A stretch of 59,390 bases of DNA, filler included, from Bonamia ostreae (Eukaryota), in NCBI GenBank assembly GCA_040357525.1. It is 6 parts of 6 records of this genome, joined end to end, with 100 filler letters (N's around TTAATTAATTAA, not from the genome) between each part and the next. Parts side by side here need not be neighbours in the genome. Positions count along the whole stretch, not along the records: positions 10,126 to 20,148 come from JBDODL010000035.1; positions 20,249 to 30,066 come from JBDODL010000036.1; 4 more parts are not named here. The stretch is one strand, 5' to 3'. The position numbers were made by a program, and so were the translations under genes. Numbering within the stretch: position 1 is the first letter of the stretch; each line of letters begins with the position of its first letter. Below the pieces are notes generated by a model, which saw only the letters and a list, made by a program, of their open reading frames with translations, had not been told where the DNA came from and did not search any database. This document shows, in pieces, positions 11,646 to 26,711 of the stretch.

Positions 11646-13143
11646 TTATTTAATCTTGCCGTAATCTCTCGCGATCCCGTGCAGACCTTTTTCTATTTTC
11701 GCTGGTTCTTCCGAACCCTCTTCGGATACACCATAAAAAGCGCTTTTCTCGATATTTTTAATGATTTCAACGCGATGTTTTTCTTGTAAAACCATCGAAC
11801 GGGTTGCTCTTTCTAATTCATCTACGCCATTTTCGGAATCCAAAAGTAAATTTTTGGTTTGCATCGGATAACGTCCGTCCCATTCTTTAGTTCTAATTAA
11901 TTTGCAAATTCGCAAAAGAAACTTTGAAAGAGCCAACTCGGCGTCGAACGGATTCGCTACCAATTTGTGGAAATCTCTTGGAGACATCAGGTTGTTCAAA
12001 GGACAAGAAACAGCGACGAAAATGTCTACTTCCGGGAAATTCTCCAGTTTCGGTTCTGTTATTCTCCCAAAACTGATCAAATATGCCCTTTTCCCCGCTT
12101 TCCTTATCATCGCCTTCAATTTGTCCACTACGTCGATGCGCGCTTTTTATAGTTTTTGAATTCAAACTGGAAAACGAGATGATGATGCCAATTGTCTTGG
12201 CAGCTCTGATTTCTTCGACGTAAAGGTACCTCTCCATTAAAATTCGGTTTGTGTCGATTTTCAGTAGCGACATTTTATTTTTGCCCAAGATGTAAACTTT
12301 TCGGCAGTTGTTAGACACAATTATCGATTCCAGAAATTTGCATTTTTCGCCTATCCAAAAGAGCGCTGTTTTCTCTTTATTTTACCGAGGGCATTGAGGT
12401 ATTTTTATGAATGGCTAAAAAATGAAACATGTACATTGCTTTAATAAACGTCGAAATGGGGTAAATTAAACCTTTATATTCTCCCAAACTAAAACTAGTC
12501 TTCAAATCGTTTCTGCGCATCAATTCAATTTCGATATTCGCGTTTCGGGAATCAAATTTAAATTTTGGGAAAATGTGCAGATAACAGAAGTCAAGCAATA
12601 TCACCGCTTTTTCAATGTTTTCGGTCGTCTTCGAATTCTCCAATTCTGAACTGATTTGAGTACAAATTTGTTCTGAATCTATTTGACGACTTTCGAAAAT
12701 GTTAAAGACGCATATTTCGCTTGTTTTAACGCTTTCCGAAAAACATGTTTCGTCAAAATGAGCGATTAGGTCAATGTAGAGATGTTTAGCGGTGATATAG
12801 TCGACACAACAACTGCTTCGCGCAACGTCTGATAAAATGTGGAAAGAAATGTCGTTTCCGACAGTTTTGTTTTTTAGATATTGAGCTACTTTGCAGGAAA
12901 TGGATAGTCTTTCTCTTGAAAATTGCAAACCAATTCTTATTAAAAAATTGAAATTTTTGATTAAAAATGATAAATTTTTAACTAAAAATCAAATTAATCA
13001 AGTTTTGGGGAAATTAGCTAAAATTTGCAAAAGAATATCGAATTATTAAGCTCGAACTTTTTCTTTTTGTTTAAATAGCAACGATCTATCAAAAGATCTA
13101 GATCCTTTTTCAAATAAGGGCCACAAAGATCCATTTTATCCAT
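11646..13143 (-). CDS. DPH2: Diphthamide biosynthesis protein 2
   Basis: IGLQF, ILSDVARSSCCVDYITAKH, GRITEPKLENFPEVDIFVAVSCP, NPFD, and the DPH2-type C-terminus GLHGIARDY. Confidence 0.88.
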
Positions 13144-13301
13144 ATTATCTAATAATTAAACCACTTTTTTGTATAAAATCGTTAAAAATATAAAATATTT
13201 ATATCTGCGCGCCGAATGTGCTGTATCAACCAAATTTGGACGTATGCACATAAATAAGACGATTGTAAATTAAAATTGATATTTGCATCATTTACAATAA
13301 A

Positions 13302-13919
13302 TTAAAATTCAAAATCGTCGCCAAATCGCTTCAAACATCGCAATTTTATTTCAGAAAAATCTTCAATTTGGTTTACACTCGTTATTTCTGGGAACGCCGT
13401 AAAAACAGATCGTAGTGAGCGCTCTACGATGCAATTTTCAATTTTGACGCCGTCTTTTATAGAAAGACAGTTGCCAGCGAGGCTGTTCGCCCTCAATTCG
13501 GAGCAGAGCAAATGGTAAGCGTTTTTGAAATCAGCTCCTTTCGCCGTGTCGTACGCGTGAATGAGTTCGTGTCGAAGATTCGTTTTGAATGATTTCTCGT
13601 TTGTCTCGGATGGCATTGGAAGGATCACAACACCTGTTTTTCCGGTTTGTTGGAAAATTCCGGCAGTTTTTATTCTATTCTTGTCAACGCACTTAAAGCG
13701 GATTTCCTCGTCGCCAGAATTTAAACGGTTTGTCGCCGCGGCGATTTTGCTGGAAAGCGGGTCATCTTTAATATGGCGGCGCACTAATTGCAGGCAAAAA
13801 CTGTCTGTCATGGTTTGAAAAAATAGGGGAAAACAGTATCGATTTAATCGTCTGACAAAGTTCTCCCGATTTCGTATTTCTCCGGGTTTGGAAATATAAT
13901 CAGCGAAATTGGTCTCCAT
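13302..13919 (-). CDS. ATP23: Mitochondrial inner-membrane metalloprotease ATP23 (peptidase M76)
   Basis: LRHELIHAYD (HExxH), DF.NAYHLLCSELRANSLAGNC, CIVERSLRSV; alternative ATG at 13937. Confidence 0.85.
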   Translation of the reverse strand: METNFADYISKPGEIRNRENFVRRLNRYCFPLFFQTMTDSFCLQLVRRHIKDDPLSSKIAAATNRLNSGDEEIRFKCVDKNRIKTAGIFQQTGKTGVVILPMPSETNEKSFKTNLRHELIHAYDTAKGADFKNAYHLLCSELRANSLAGNCLSIKDGVKIENCIVERSLRSVFTAFPEITSVNQIEDFSEIKLRCLKRFGDDFEF

Positions 13920-13959
13920 ACGAACCACAAATAACATGCGAGAAAAGGGTACACTCCAA

Positions 13960-15720
13960 AAAAATAGATGTAATTGTAGGCTAGATACAGATCTCGCTGC
14001 AATTTGGTGTTCTCTTTGTCGAAGAAAATTTTCTATTTTGTAAATTTGATGTTAAAATAAATTGTAGTCAGAATATATAAAATCGGTTTTAAGGCAAATT
14101 TCTAAATTAAGGAAATATAAATTGATAGATACAATTAGTTCCAGTATCATGCCATTAAGAATTAATGTGGCACAAGCAGCAGTTACGCCAAAGAATATGT
14201 CCCAACGTTTCAGAGATTTCTCTAGAAACTCTGCTGAAACATGTCTTCGAATTATAATGGCCAGGTAGAAGTACGCTATCACCGTAATCGGTAGAACAAG
14301 AACATTCAGAATCAGAATTCCTATGCTCGGAAAACTTTGATTGAAAATTAAAACTTTGATTCTCTGTACACAAATAAAAGAATAACAGACAACACAAAGA
14401 CCAACACGTACACACTGTAAGAGACGATCAAAATGATCTTCCCGATGCGAGCCTTTGGTTCGTTGAAAATTTTGATTGTGTCGAGGAAGTTCTTCAATCC
14501 GACGAATTGCAGTGTGATGATATGTATTATCGCGATGCAGCGCAGAACGGCGATAACGTACGCTTTTTGAGTTATTCTAAACGTAAGGAAGTTTAAGTAG
14601 ACGAGGCCAAGAAGAATTCCGGAGCTGAAAGTTAAGATGTGTATGTAAGTGCGCAGACTTAGGGATTCGTAGAACCATCTTTTGTCGTTTCGTATCCGCA
14701 CGATATTTTGGAAGACAGCGATGTAGGATAATTGGAAGAAGAGCAAGGAAATGAAGAACTCGATTATTTTGTCTTTGTCGGGATTCAGCCAATCGGGTAA
14801 TAATGATTCCATTTTTCGATTGTGGTATTGAGGCTTTCTATTACACATATTGCAAGATATTTTATTTCTAATTAATTTTAACAGTTAGAGTCTATTGCAA
14901 CTACTGTGAATTTGGTCACGGTGAACATAATTGCCGGAATATTAGATGTTACCTCAAGTGATTATGTTTTCATTGTGTTGGGATGCGCAAGAAAAGCGAA
15001 CAGGCGGAATAGTTTGTGATCAGAAATTACAATGGAAAAATTATCTGGGAAGAATACAGAACGATTCAATGGATGGCGCAATTGAAGATTAACGATGATA
15101 TAAAAATTAAAAATAACTCTCTTTTCAGTACTTATTTTTTTTGACTGTTTAAATGAAAAATCGCAAGAAATTTTATTAAATAAACTTACAGTATTGTTAA
15201 AATGAAGTTTAGTTGTGTGTCCAAACTTTTTTAAAATAAAGTAAAGTGAAGGTTTTGTTCTAAAGAACACTGAAAAATATAAACGTATTTTCAATTAGGC
15301 CATTATTGTATTTTAGTCGACTGGTAGCCAACTCATCAAATTCAGCAATTTGGTTTTTGCCACCAATTTTCTTTTACACTTTTTAATATTTGTAGACAGC
15401 GACTTCTTATAAATCCACACCAATCGACAACACCACCTTTATCGATCTCAATATCTCTTGAAATGTCATTTAAAATCGGTCCTTTTTTAGAGATTATCAA
15501 AAAATTTATATTTATCTCCTGAAAAATGAAAGTTATTTCGTTCAATAAAAAAAACTAAAAAAGAAATCGAACCAATCAGCGATAGTATTGAAACCATTAA
15601 AAGGGTTGATCACCAAGATAGTATTCAAACAGATAATGTTTGAATAACGATAGTGGTTTATCGGCAAAGTCTCGCATTGCTGGGCCCAGTCAGCTTTTCG
15701 CCTACTGGTTTCCATCTGTG
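13960..15720 (-). CDS. Multi-pass (about 6-7 TM) membrane protein, multi-exon; ends uncertain
   Basis: Hydrophobic ORF pieces 14348-14848 and 14052-14282; further same-strand coding-like pieces upstream to about 15.7 kb. Confidence 0.45.
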
Positions 15721-15939
15721 TATCAACTAAAAAATTAGCTGTTTAGCAAAATTAATCTACAAAAATTAATATGTAATATCAGTCTTGACAAAAATTTACA
15801 AAACAAAATCATCTACTATGTCTAAAATTTACACATAATTTAGCATTTTGTGCATGATTTTAGGTAATGCTAATTACTGGTAAAATTTGTTAAAATCGAT
15901 CTAAAATTCAGACACCATATAGTCGATTAGAAACAAACA

Positions 15940-16605
15940 ATGTCAAGTAAAAGTCCTGAAAAGTGGGACGTTGAGGAAGTGAAGAAATGGATGATGAGTC
16001 TTTCGTTTGCTGAAGAATATTCTGCTATTTTCAGCGAAAACGACATCGACGGCGCACTTCTCAGAGAACTTGACGAAGAAATCCTCCGCGAAGAACTTAA
16101 CATCAAAAACAAGGTTTTCGAATTAGCAATTGATAATTGAAAGTTACACAGAAAAAAATTGCTCATTGAAATCGAAAAGCTGTTTAACAGAGACGGCTCC
16201 GACGCAATGAGCGCCAGCGAAGAAGAGCCAGAAAAAAAGAACAAGGAAAAACGAAAAGGTTTGCCATATTTAGCCAAAGTCAAACGAAAAATGCCCAAGA
16301 AACAGTCGTCTTCTGAATCCGAGTTCAAAGAAAGTGAACCGGAGAAGAAGAGCAAAAAGTCTTCCAAAAAGAAGAGCAAAAAAGCAACTCCGACGACTAA
16401 AGAAAAACGCGTCCTGCGGAAGGGCGAGAAACTTTGCCCGGAATGTGACACGTCACTAAAAAAAGACATTGTGATGTGTGGAAAGTGTGACTATGTTTTC
16501 CCGGAATCGACCGCAACGCGTTTTAAAGCGACGAACTATTTTAAGTCATTTGCTAAGAACCCCAATTACAATGACCGCAAGAAGCTTTTTTCAAAGGAGA
16601 TTTGA
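15940..16605 (+). CDS. SAM-domain protein with Lys/Ser-rich linker and C-terminal zinc ribbon
   Basis: WDVEEVKKWM..YSAIFSENDIDGALLRELDEEILREELNIKNK|LHRKKLL across a 30-nt intron; CPECD..CGKCDYVF. Confidence 0.8.
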
Positions 16606-17786
16606 TAAAATGGTCACAATTTTACTGTTTTGTCTTTCTGTCATTACAGTTTTGGTATTCAAAGTTTAAAAAAATTGGTAAAACGGCTAAAAAATTATAT
16701 ACAAAAACCACAAAAGGGAAATATGTATGGCTAAAATACGACAAAATTCATATAAAAATCCTATCAAGAAATGGTTAAAATGGTAAAATGTATAGGAAAC
16801 TAGTAAAACTTTGAAAATGCGGAAACACAGTTAAATAAAGGTATTTTGATAAAAATATTAAAGTCAAAATACCTTTATCAAATTGACATTTGATAGGCGA
16901 ATTAAAATTAAAAGTTGAGAAAAAGGTCGTCCTAATAAGAAGACATTTTTATTAAATTTATTCAAAACGTTAGTACGTCCAGTACTAGAATAAATTTAGA
17001 TTCAGAAACGATTCTAAATAAATCTATCGACTAAAAAGAATCCCATAAAAATAAAATGATCCTGCAGTATTTATATACAATCGAACAATGGGCAAACGCC
17101 CTTGATTATAATCGCACCACCATACTTAATTTCATGTTGATTGCATTTGATATGAGGCGTGTTATAGAAAGATTTTCAAAATATAACTTGCAGGCAAGGT
17201 GCATCAGTATAGATAGGCCCTTTCCGGATGGGACTGAGGATCCTGGTGGTGGTCTCCTGCTTCTCTGTTCGTGAGATTGACGAAACGCATAGATCGGTCC
17301 AATCGCGTGTAAGAACCAATATCAACAATGAGAACTTTGAACGAAAGAGAGACGGAAGTGTTGATGTGGTGTTCGTCAACGGGGACATCCGTGGAATGTT
17401 AGGATAGATGGTCACTAGCGAATCTCCTGGTTTAATCAGGCCAGTTATAAAAACTAATAATCTTCGAAAATGAAGCTTGCCCACAAAGAATAAAATGAAA
17501 AATGGAATTATATTGGCCATAAACAAAATTTCTTTCGTTTAAAACTAAAAAAAAGTTAGTAAAATAAAATTTCGTTTTTGTTAATAAATTTGCTGTTCAC
17601 TGATGATTTGTTCAAATTAAAAAGTTAAATTAAAAATTAAATTTTACTGATTTGCAAGTTTTAATTTAACCAAATAATAACGATACAGTTTTAATTTAAT
17701 ACAAATACGTAGTTAAATCGAAAACTATTATTTCATAACAACAAAAATTTTTAGTTTTTTCAAGAAAATTAAAGAAAAAGAATAAA

Positions 17787-20002
17787 ATGGAAAAAGACGA
17801 TTTTGATATGGCTTTTAAATTGCAATTGAAAGAAATCACAGAAAATTTAAAATCGACAGATTGCGAAATTTCAAAGCTACAAAAGCAATCCAATCAGTAC
17901 ACACAAAAAATAAAACACTTCAGAAACTTAAAAAAAGAAATTGAAAGCAAAATATCCATTTTGCTAAACAGAAAACTAAAATCTCAACAGATAAAGGCCC
18001 AGTTGGATCCAGATAACCCTTTTGCAAAATTGCAAGACTTCAGCACTTGCAAAAACAGTTCCCAGAAAGCCATTAAAGACAAAACTCAAATTAAACAGAT
18101 AAACCTTCATTTTGCAAAAATAAATGATTTGCAAAAAACTAAATCGCCCATCAACAAAGAAAAAACTCAAGATTTTATAGCGCGAAAAAATTCTGCTGCA
18201 AACACAAACATTTTGACGAAAACGAAAAAAGTAAAGCTTTCGGAAAAAACCACCGACCAAACCGAAAAACGGCTGGAATCTGTAAAAGAGTTGTTTGGAA
18301 TCGAGTCTTACAGAAAAAATCAATTGGAAGCGATCAGAGCGACCCTCCGAGGGGAAGATTGCTTCATTTTAATGGCGACCGGTTCCGGAAAGTCTCTTTG
18401 TTTCCAAATCCCCGCCGCGATCGAAGGAGGCTTGACCGTCGTCGTCTCGCCATTAATTTCTCTGATGAACGATCAGATTTTACAAATGGATCGAATTGGA
18501 CTGGAATCTCGAATGCTCAACTCGGCGACGTCTAAAGAAGAAGCCGCCGAAATTTTCGAAGACGTTCAAGACGCCAACGGCGCTCTGCGAATTCTTTATT
18601 TTACACCCGAAAAAATAAAATCTTCAAGGCTTCAATCCGCACTCAAGAAATGTTACCAAAACAATCGTTTGAACCGTATCGTTATTGACGAAGCTCACTG
18701 TTGCAGCAATTGGGGATTTGATTTTAGGTATCTTCCCACTTTGCATTTTTTAAAATATTTGAACATCGCTCCATCAAAGACGCGATTATTTTTAAAACAA
18801 AGACCTGATTATTTTCGTTTGGGCCAACTGAGAGACCTTTTTCCGGGTTCGCCGATTATGGCGCTGACGGCCACGGCAACCAAAAAGGTGTTCCAAGACG
18901 TAAAGCGAATTCTCAAGTTTCGTCGCTGCAGCGTCTATTCGAGTTCGCTGGACCGCCCAAACATCTTCTACGCCGTCTTGCGGAAGCCGCCAATTTTCGA
19001 AGACGCCGCCAAACTTTTGGAGAACGTAAATTCATAAAATTAAAAGTTTATCGGAAAGCAGCCGCCGGGCTCCCCGGGTTTCGCCATTTGCAACAAATTT
19101 AGGCATTGTGTACTGCGCGACCAGAAGCGACTGCGAAAAGATAGACGGGTTGCTTAATAGACACGGCGTCCGCGCGAGCGCATACCATTCGGGAATCGAC
19201 CATTCGTCGAAAACAAAAGTTTAATCAGCGATCACGGCAGATCTTCGAGCAATGGATGTCGGAGAAAATACTGGTCATCGTTGCGACGACCGCTTTCGGA
19301 ATGGGGATCAACAAAGACAATGTCCGTTTCGTAGTGCACTTCACGCTCCCACAAAGTCTCGAAGCGCTGTACCAAGAGTCTGGACGAGGTTTGATTGGCT
19401 TTAACCGAAAACGGTTTATTGCAGCCGGGAGAGACGGGCAGCCGGCTGTGGCCGCATTGATGTACAGCCCTTTGGACGTAATCACAATAGCCAAAATTTC
19501 CTCCAAAATGACACCGATTTTAAGTCTCGTTCAATACGCCCATTCGACCAAATGCCGCCGCGTCAAAATTCTGGAGCCCTTCGAAAGCGGCTGCGCAGAC
19601 CAAAGTTCCTCGGAGAAGATCCGCTGCGATAAAAACTGCGACTCGTGCGCGTCAAAGCAAAGTGATAGTTTTCGAGCACTCGAATATAGCAGTTTTGGGG
19701 GGAAAGCGATCGATCTCGTAAAAATAATAAAAGCGCGGAAGACGCAAAACAAAAATTTGACGCTCAAACAGTTGGTCAAGACTTGGAGAGGCAACGGTAA
19801 GAAATCGCTCAATGGAAAAGGAATCGTTTTTCTGGAGAAAGGAAATCTAAAATCAGGCGAAGCCGAGCAAATGGTGCTCGATTTTGTCTGCGAAGGAGTT
19901 TTGGCGTTGGTGCTCAAGCACACGGCTTATTGCACTAATGTTTATGTTTCGATAGGACCAAAAGGAAACCAAATGTTATTTAAAGACAGAAAACTTTATT
20001 AA
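17787..20002 (+). CDS. RECQL: RecQ-family DNA helicase (RECQL1-like)
   Basis: MATGSGKSLCFQIP, VSPLISLMNDQ, IDEAHCCSNWGFDFRPDY, ALTATA, VATTAFGMGINK, YQESGRAGRDG, CRR..CDKNCDSC zinc/RQC region; five introns reconstructed. Confidence 0.93.
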
Positions 20003-20148
20003 AGAATGCAAATTTACTCGTTTTTGCTTTTCTTCAAAATGTGATTTGGAGTTTTTTCTTTTCCAAATTTTTGTTTTTTGATATCGATTTCGCCGTCTTC
20101 TATATGATCGTCAGAATTCTCTTTTTTGTTGATTTTTGGAGCGTCTTT

Positions 20149-20248
20149 NNNNNNNNNNNNNNNNNNNNNNNNNNNNNNNNNNNNNNNNNNNNTTAATTAA
20201 TTAANNNNNNNNNNNNNNNNNNNNNNNNNNNNNNNNNNNNNNNNNNNN
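20149..20248. other. Artificial scaffold linker
   Basis: N44-TTAATTAATTAA-N44. Confidence 0.98.
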
Positions 20249-20331
20249 TGATCCATCGCTAATAATAAAGACAAATTCTGAACAACGAATATATTTATAC
20301 TATATACAATAAGCCTTAATAGAGTAAAACA

Positions 20332-23089
<2,758 letters not shown>

Positions 23090-24499
23090 ATGTTTGGAGT
23101 TTAAAATGTTTTTCGTTTTGAGGATGGAGATAATCCATCGTTTGTGTTTGCTTTTCAGATTATTCGCTTATGTTTATTGAAGCAAATTTAATTATTATTA
23201 CATGAACAAGGACAAGAAAGAATTAACGATACACAACATTCATGGTAAAACACGGTAACGAAAAAATAAATATATCTATTTTTTATCAAAAAAAATTGAA
23301 AGACATATATTATTAATATATATTAAAAACACGGAATAAATATATATTATTAATTTATTTCTTGTTCATCTATATCAAAAAATTGAAAGACGTATATATT
23401 TTAATAAGAATTTCTTGTTTAGAAAAATACTTAAAAATATTTTTAAAGAAGAAAAAACTTAAATTTGGAATTATATGTAAGTATTGAACAGAAATCTTTT
23501 GTCAAAGTATTCGATTTTTTTATAATAGAAAAGCACAGAACGAAGAGAGTTAAATACCAGAAGATTAAATTCCTACCAGTGAAAACTAGAAATTCAGAAT
23601 AGTCAAAAATGACTATAAAGAAAAGTAAAATAAGCTTAAATCTATGTATGAGTCAAAAAAAGACAGAATTTACTAATTCAAAATCAAATTAAAAATTAAA
23701 ATTAATCCTTGGATTTACCCATCGTCTAATTGTCATGGAATTAAAAGCGTAAATTAATTCGAATCTCCATGAATAAGAATATAACTAATTTTAAATGTGT
23801 TACTAACAAAATTTATCAAGCTAGATTAAACATGCATGATACAAAAATGTTAATCTGGATGTTGCTTATAAGTTAATGGAATAGAATTAAACAAGCATTT
23901 TTTTTATAAAAATGTTACTATAATTTGAAAACCAACAATAAAAAGATAACAATAGACATTGATAATTTGAATACTCCTCTTAATGAAGATCTTTAAACGC
24001 CGATAATAAGAAAAACGAAAAAAATCAAAAATAACTTTAATAAGTATAATAAAGTCTGAAATAATCTTTAAAAATTGTAAAAAATAAAGAAACACTACAA
24101 CAATCTTACATAGATAAAGGATAACAAATAAAAGCACCTGGAGTACAAATAAAAGACTGCACTGATATTTCCAACTGGGATATCTTTAAAAATGTTGGCG
24201 CTTGGCTACACCAATCGTTTAGTCTAGATTCAAATGTCGGCATTTAAACAACTAGGTTCGAAATTATAGACAAGTCCGAAATGTCTCAAAATGTTCCAGT
24301 TTCCCTTACATTAGAGCCTTTGATTTGCCATATCAGGTGCAAACCGAAGTGGCGGAAGGCGTTAGCGAGTCTTATGGACGGTGGGAAGTTTCATTGCACT
24401 TCGATATCGAGTTCGAAGTATATCCGAGATCGCCTCCCGACACCGACGCTCATCGGAGAGGCGGAGATCTTATTTGGTCTCCATGTAAAAATGATACTT

Positions 24500-25569
24500 T
24501 TACTTTGCTGTAAAGTCCTTCTCGGTGACCCTCTTCAAATAAACTGCCGAAGAGGGATTGTTTTTAGCATTCTTCCCCTGGCTGTAATCATAGCTCATCG
24601 CGTAGGCCATCAAACTCCCGTTTTCGTTAAAAGCGATGTCGGTGATCGCTTCCGGAACTTTGGCGAAAAACTTGACTCTTTGTTTCGCAGCTTTGTCCCA
24701 CAACGCGATGTTTCCGTCCGAACCCCCCGACACAAACATTTTGGCTTTCGGGTGAAACTCGATCGCGTTCACTGAGGTAGCCAGTTCGCCCTGGTTGTTC
24801 TGCGTCTTTTCTCTGTGCGCCTTAAAATTGAACGAGGCACTTAATTTAACGGAAAACTTGTCGTTTTGGAAGTACTTTACGGAGATGCGTCCTTCTATCG
24901 ACCCCACGCAAACTCCGTCTAGTTCGCTGAAGACGCTCACGCAGCTCGTTTGGAGCCGCAAGGGCGATGCAAATGTTTTGACCGGATTGCTAGGATTCCG
25001 CGTGTCGAAAACCAGCAACCCCTTTTCCGCGGTGCCGACCGCGAGAACGAACGATTTGGAGTCCATTGCATAAACTCTCTCGTTGACATTGCACTTCATG
25101 GCTTCTCCTTCTTTCCTTCGAGTCAGAGAGCAAACCTCGTGTCCCAGTAGCGGACTGTGCCGTCCCAGCTTCCGCTTGCGGCCATATTCGCTTGCTGCTT
25201 CAGCGCGCAGAGTTTGCGAACCGGTTCTTCGTGCTAAACGTGAAGGCAAAACTTTTCCCAGTTCTTTGTGTTGATTCGATGACGGGTCCCATATCAAAAC
25301 GCTTTTGTCTCCGGAAGCCATTGCAGCAAAATTGCCCTACAATTCTCGATTTAAACGATCCAGTCTATGTCCAGAAGAGGCGCGTTGAACTTTTTGCTGG
25401 TTTTGCACTGCACTGAGGTGCCGGAGTCTGACCAGACACAGACTTGGCCGTCCCAAGTGGTCGCCGCGATCATGTTTTGCGCGCTGATGCAAACGCTGCT
25501 AATGTTTGCGGGGGATTGCGGGACGGGCGTGTCTGTGTTGTCAGTGGCTTTGTTGCCATAATTGTACAT
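24500..25569 (-). CDS. RAE1: mRNA export factor RAE1/Gle2 (WD40)
   Basis: SPLRLQTSCV, VGSIEGR, FNFKAHR, SVNAIEFHP, GSDG..WDK, YAMSYDYSQG; introns at 25337-25356, 25234-25252, 25116-25135 and 24840-24857. Confidence 0.9.
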
Positions 25570-26563
25570 GGCTAAATTTGATTATAAGTTTTTTGTATAG
25601 GATTTGATCAAATCTCTAAACTTTTCATCTTTTCTGGACACGGCTTCGCTTCATCTTCATAGATATGTCGTTTTGCCTTTTATTTAAGTTCTTACAATAA
25701 TAGTACTACTATTTCTGGGAAAAAACTAATTTTAAGCTTCTTCTTATCGTTTTATATTGAACTGTTTATTTTGGAGTAGCATTTTAAAATGTTTTGTGAA
25801 CAGAAATTCAAATTTTTGGACATGTCGTGTTTTTAGTCATTTATTAACATTTTTATAAATCATGTTAATGTATATAAGTTTATATAAAATTTTATACATA
25901 TTTATTATTTTTTTTACTTTATTGTCTCCCAACCTGCTTTATGCGGTCGTTAGCCCTGTTTTGCTTTCCCAATATCGTCCGAACGACTTAAAGTTCGATA
26001 GACCCTTTGTATTGTCTGTATTATTTTCAAATATACTGCGTATTATTTGCTTTATTGTCTGTTTTAATGTGCTCCGGTGCATTACTTTCGAACTTGTTTT
26101 CTCTTGTTTTTTACATCCAGGAGGTAAAAATCCTATCATCGATTGTTATCGTTTTAAAGTGAATTAGACCATTTTTATGCAATTTCATTACGTTTTCGGT
26201 GTTATAACCTGCATTATTTTCAGTTTCATTTCATAAATGCATCATTTACTGAAAATTTTCTATCTGTATGTAAGGGCACAGTACACCTTTATTTTATCAT
26301 GTTGATTTGAATCTTCTTTATGCCGCTTTATTATTTTTTCATTTTGTCTAATTTTATTATAAATATGTACATTCCTTTCATTTTTGTTTGCCGAGTTGTA
26401 CAATCTTTCTAGATAACTTTTTCTCTAGAGTTTGTGGATTTCGATAAAATTTTCAAGGTATTATAAATTTCTAGAGATTTTACATTGTTTAGTCGATGAA
26501 ATGTAATAAAATTCGGGCTCTCTAATTGTATTGAGATGTTTTAATGTTTCAAGGTTTTATTAA

Positions 26564-26636
26564 CGCCACCCTGGGATATGAACCCATGACTGCACTATTA
26601 GCGAAGTCATGCGATAACCGCTAGACAGGCATCTCC
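26564..26636 (-). pseudogene. Degenerate tRNA-like sequence (tRNA pseudogene or SINE head)
   Basis: Minus strand has A-box-like TGTCTAGCGG and B-box-like GGTTCATATCCC at tRNA spacing, but the acceptor and anticodon stems pair poorly. Confidence 0.45.
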
Positions 26637-26711
26637 TTTTTATATTTTATTGGTTCGTTTATATAAAATTAATCTCGGTTACAAACCGATAAAAATATAA
26701 GTGGATAAAAC

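Noticed and set aside
24330-24500. Firm assignment as U1, U3 or RNase P RNA
   Set aside because: Only isolated motifs match and required elements are missing; kept as an unassigned candidate
25862-26500. Transposase remnant in the AT-rich spacer upstream of RAE1
   Set aside because: Short ORFs only; no DDE or RT motif and no terminal repeats recognised
26564-26636. Functional tRNA gene
   Set aside because: Acceptor and anticodon stems do not pair properly
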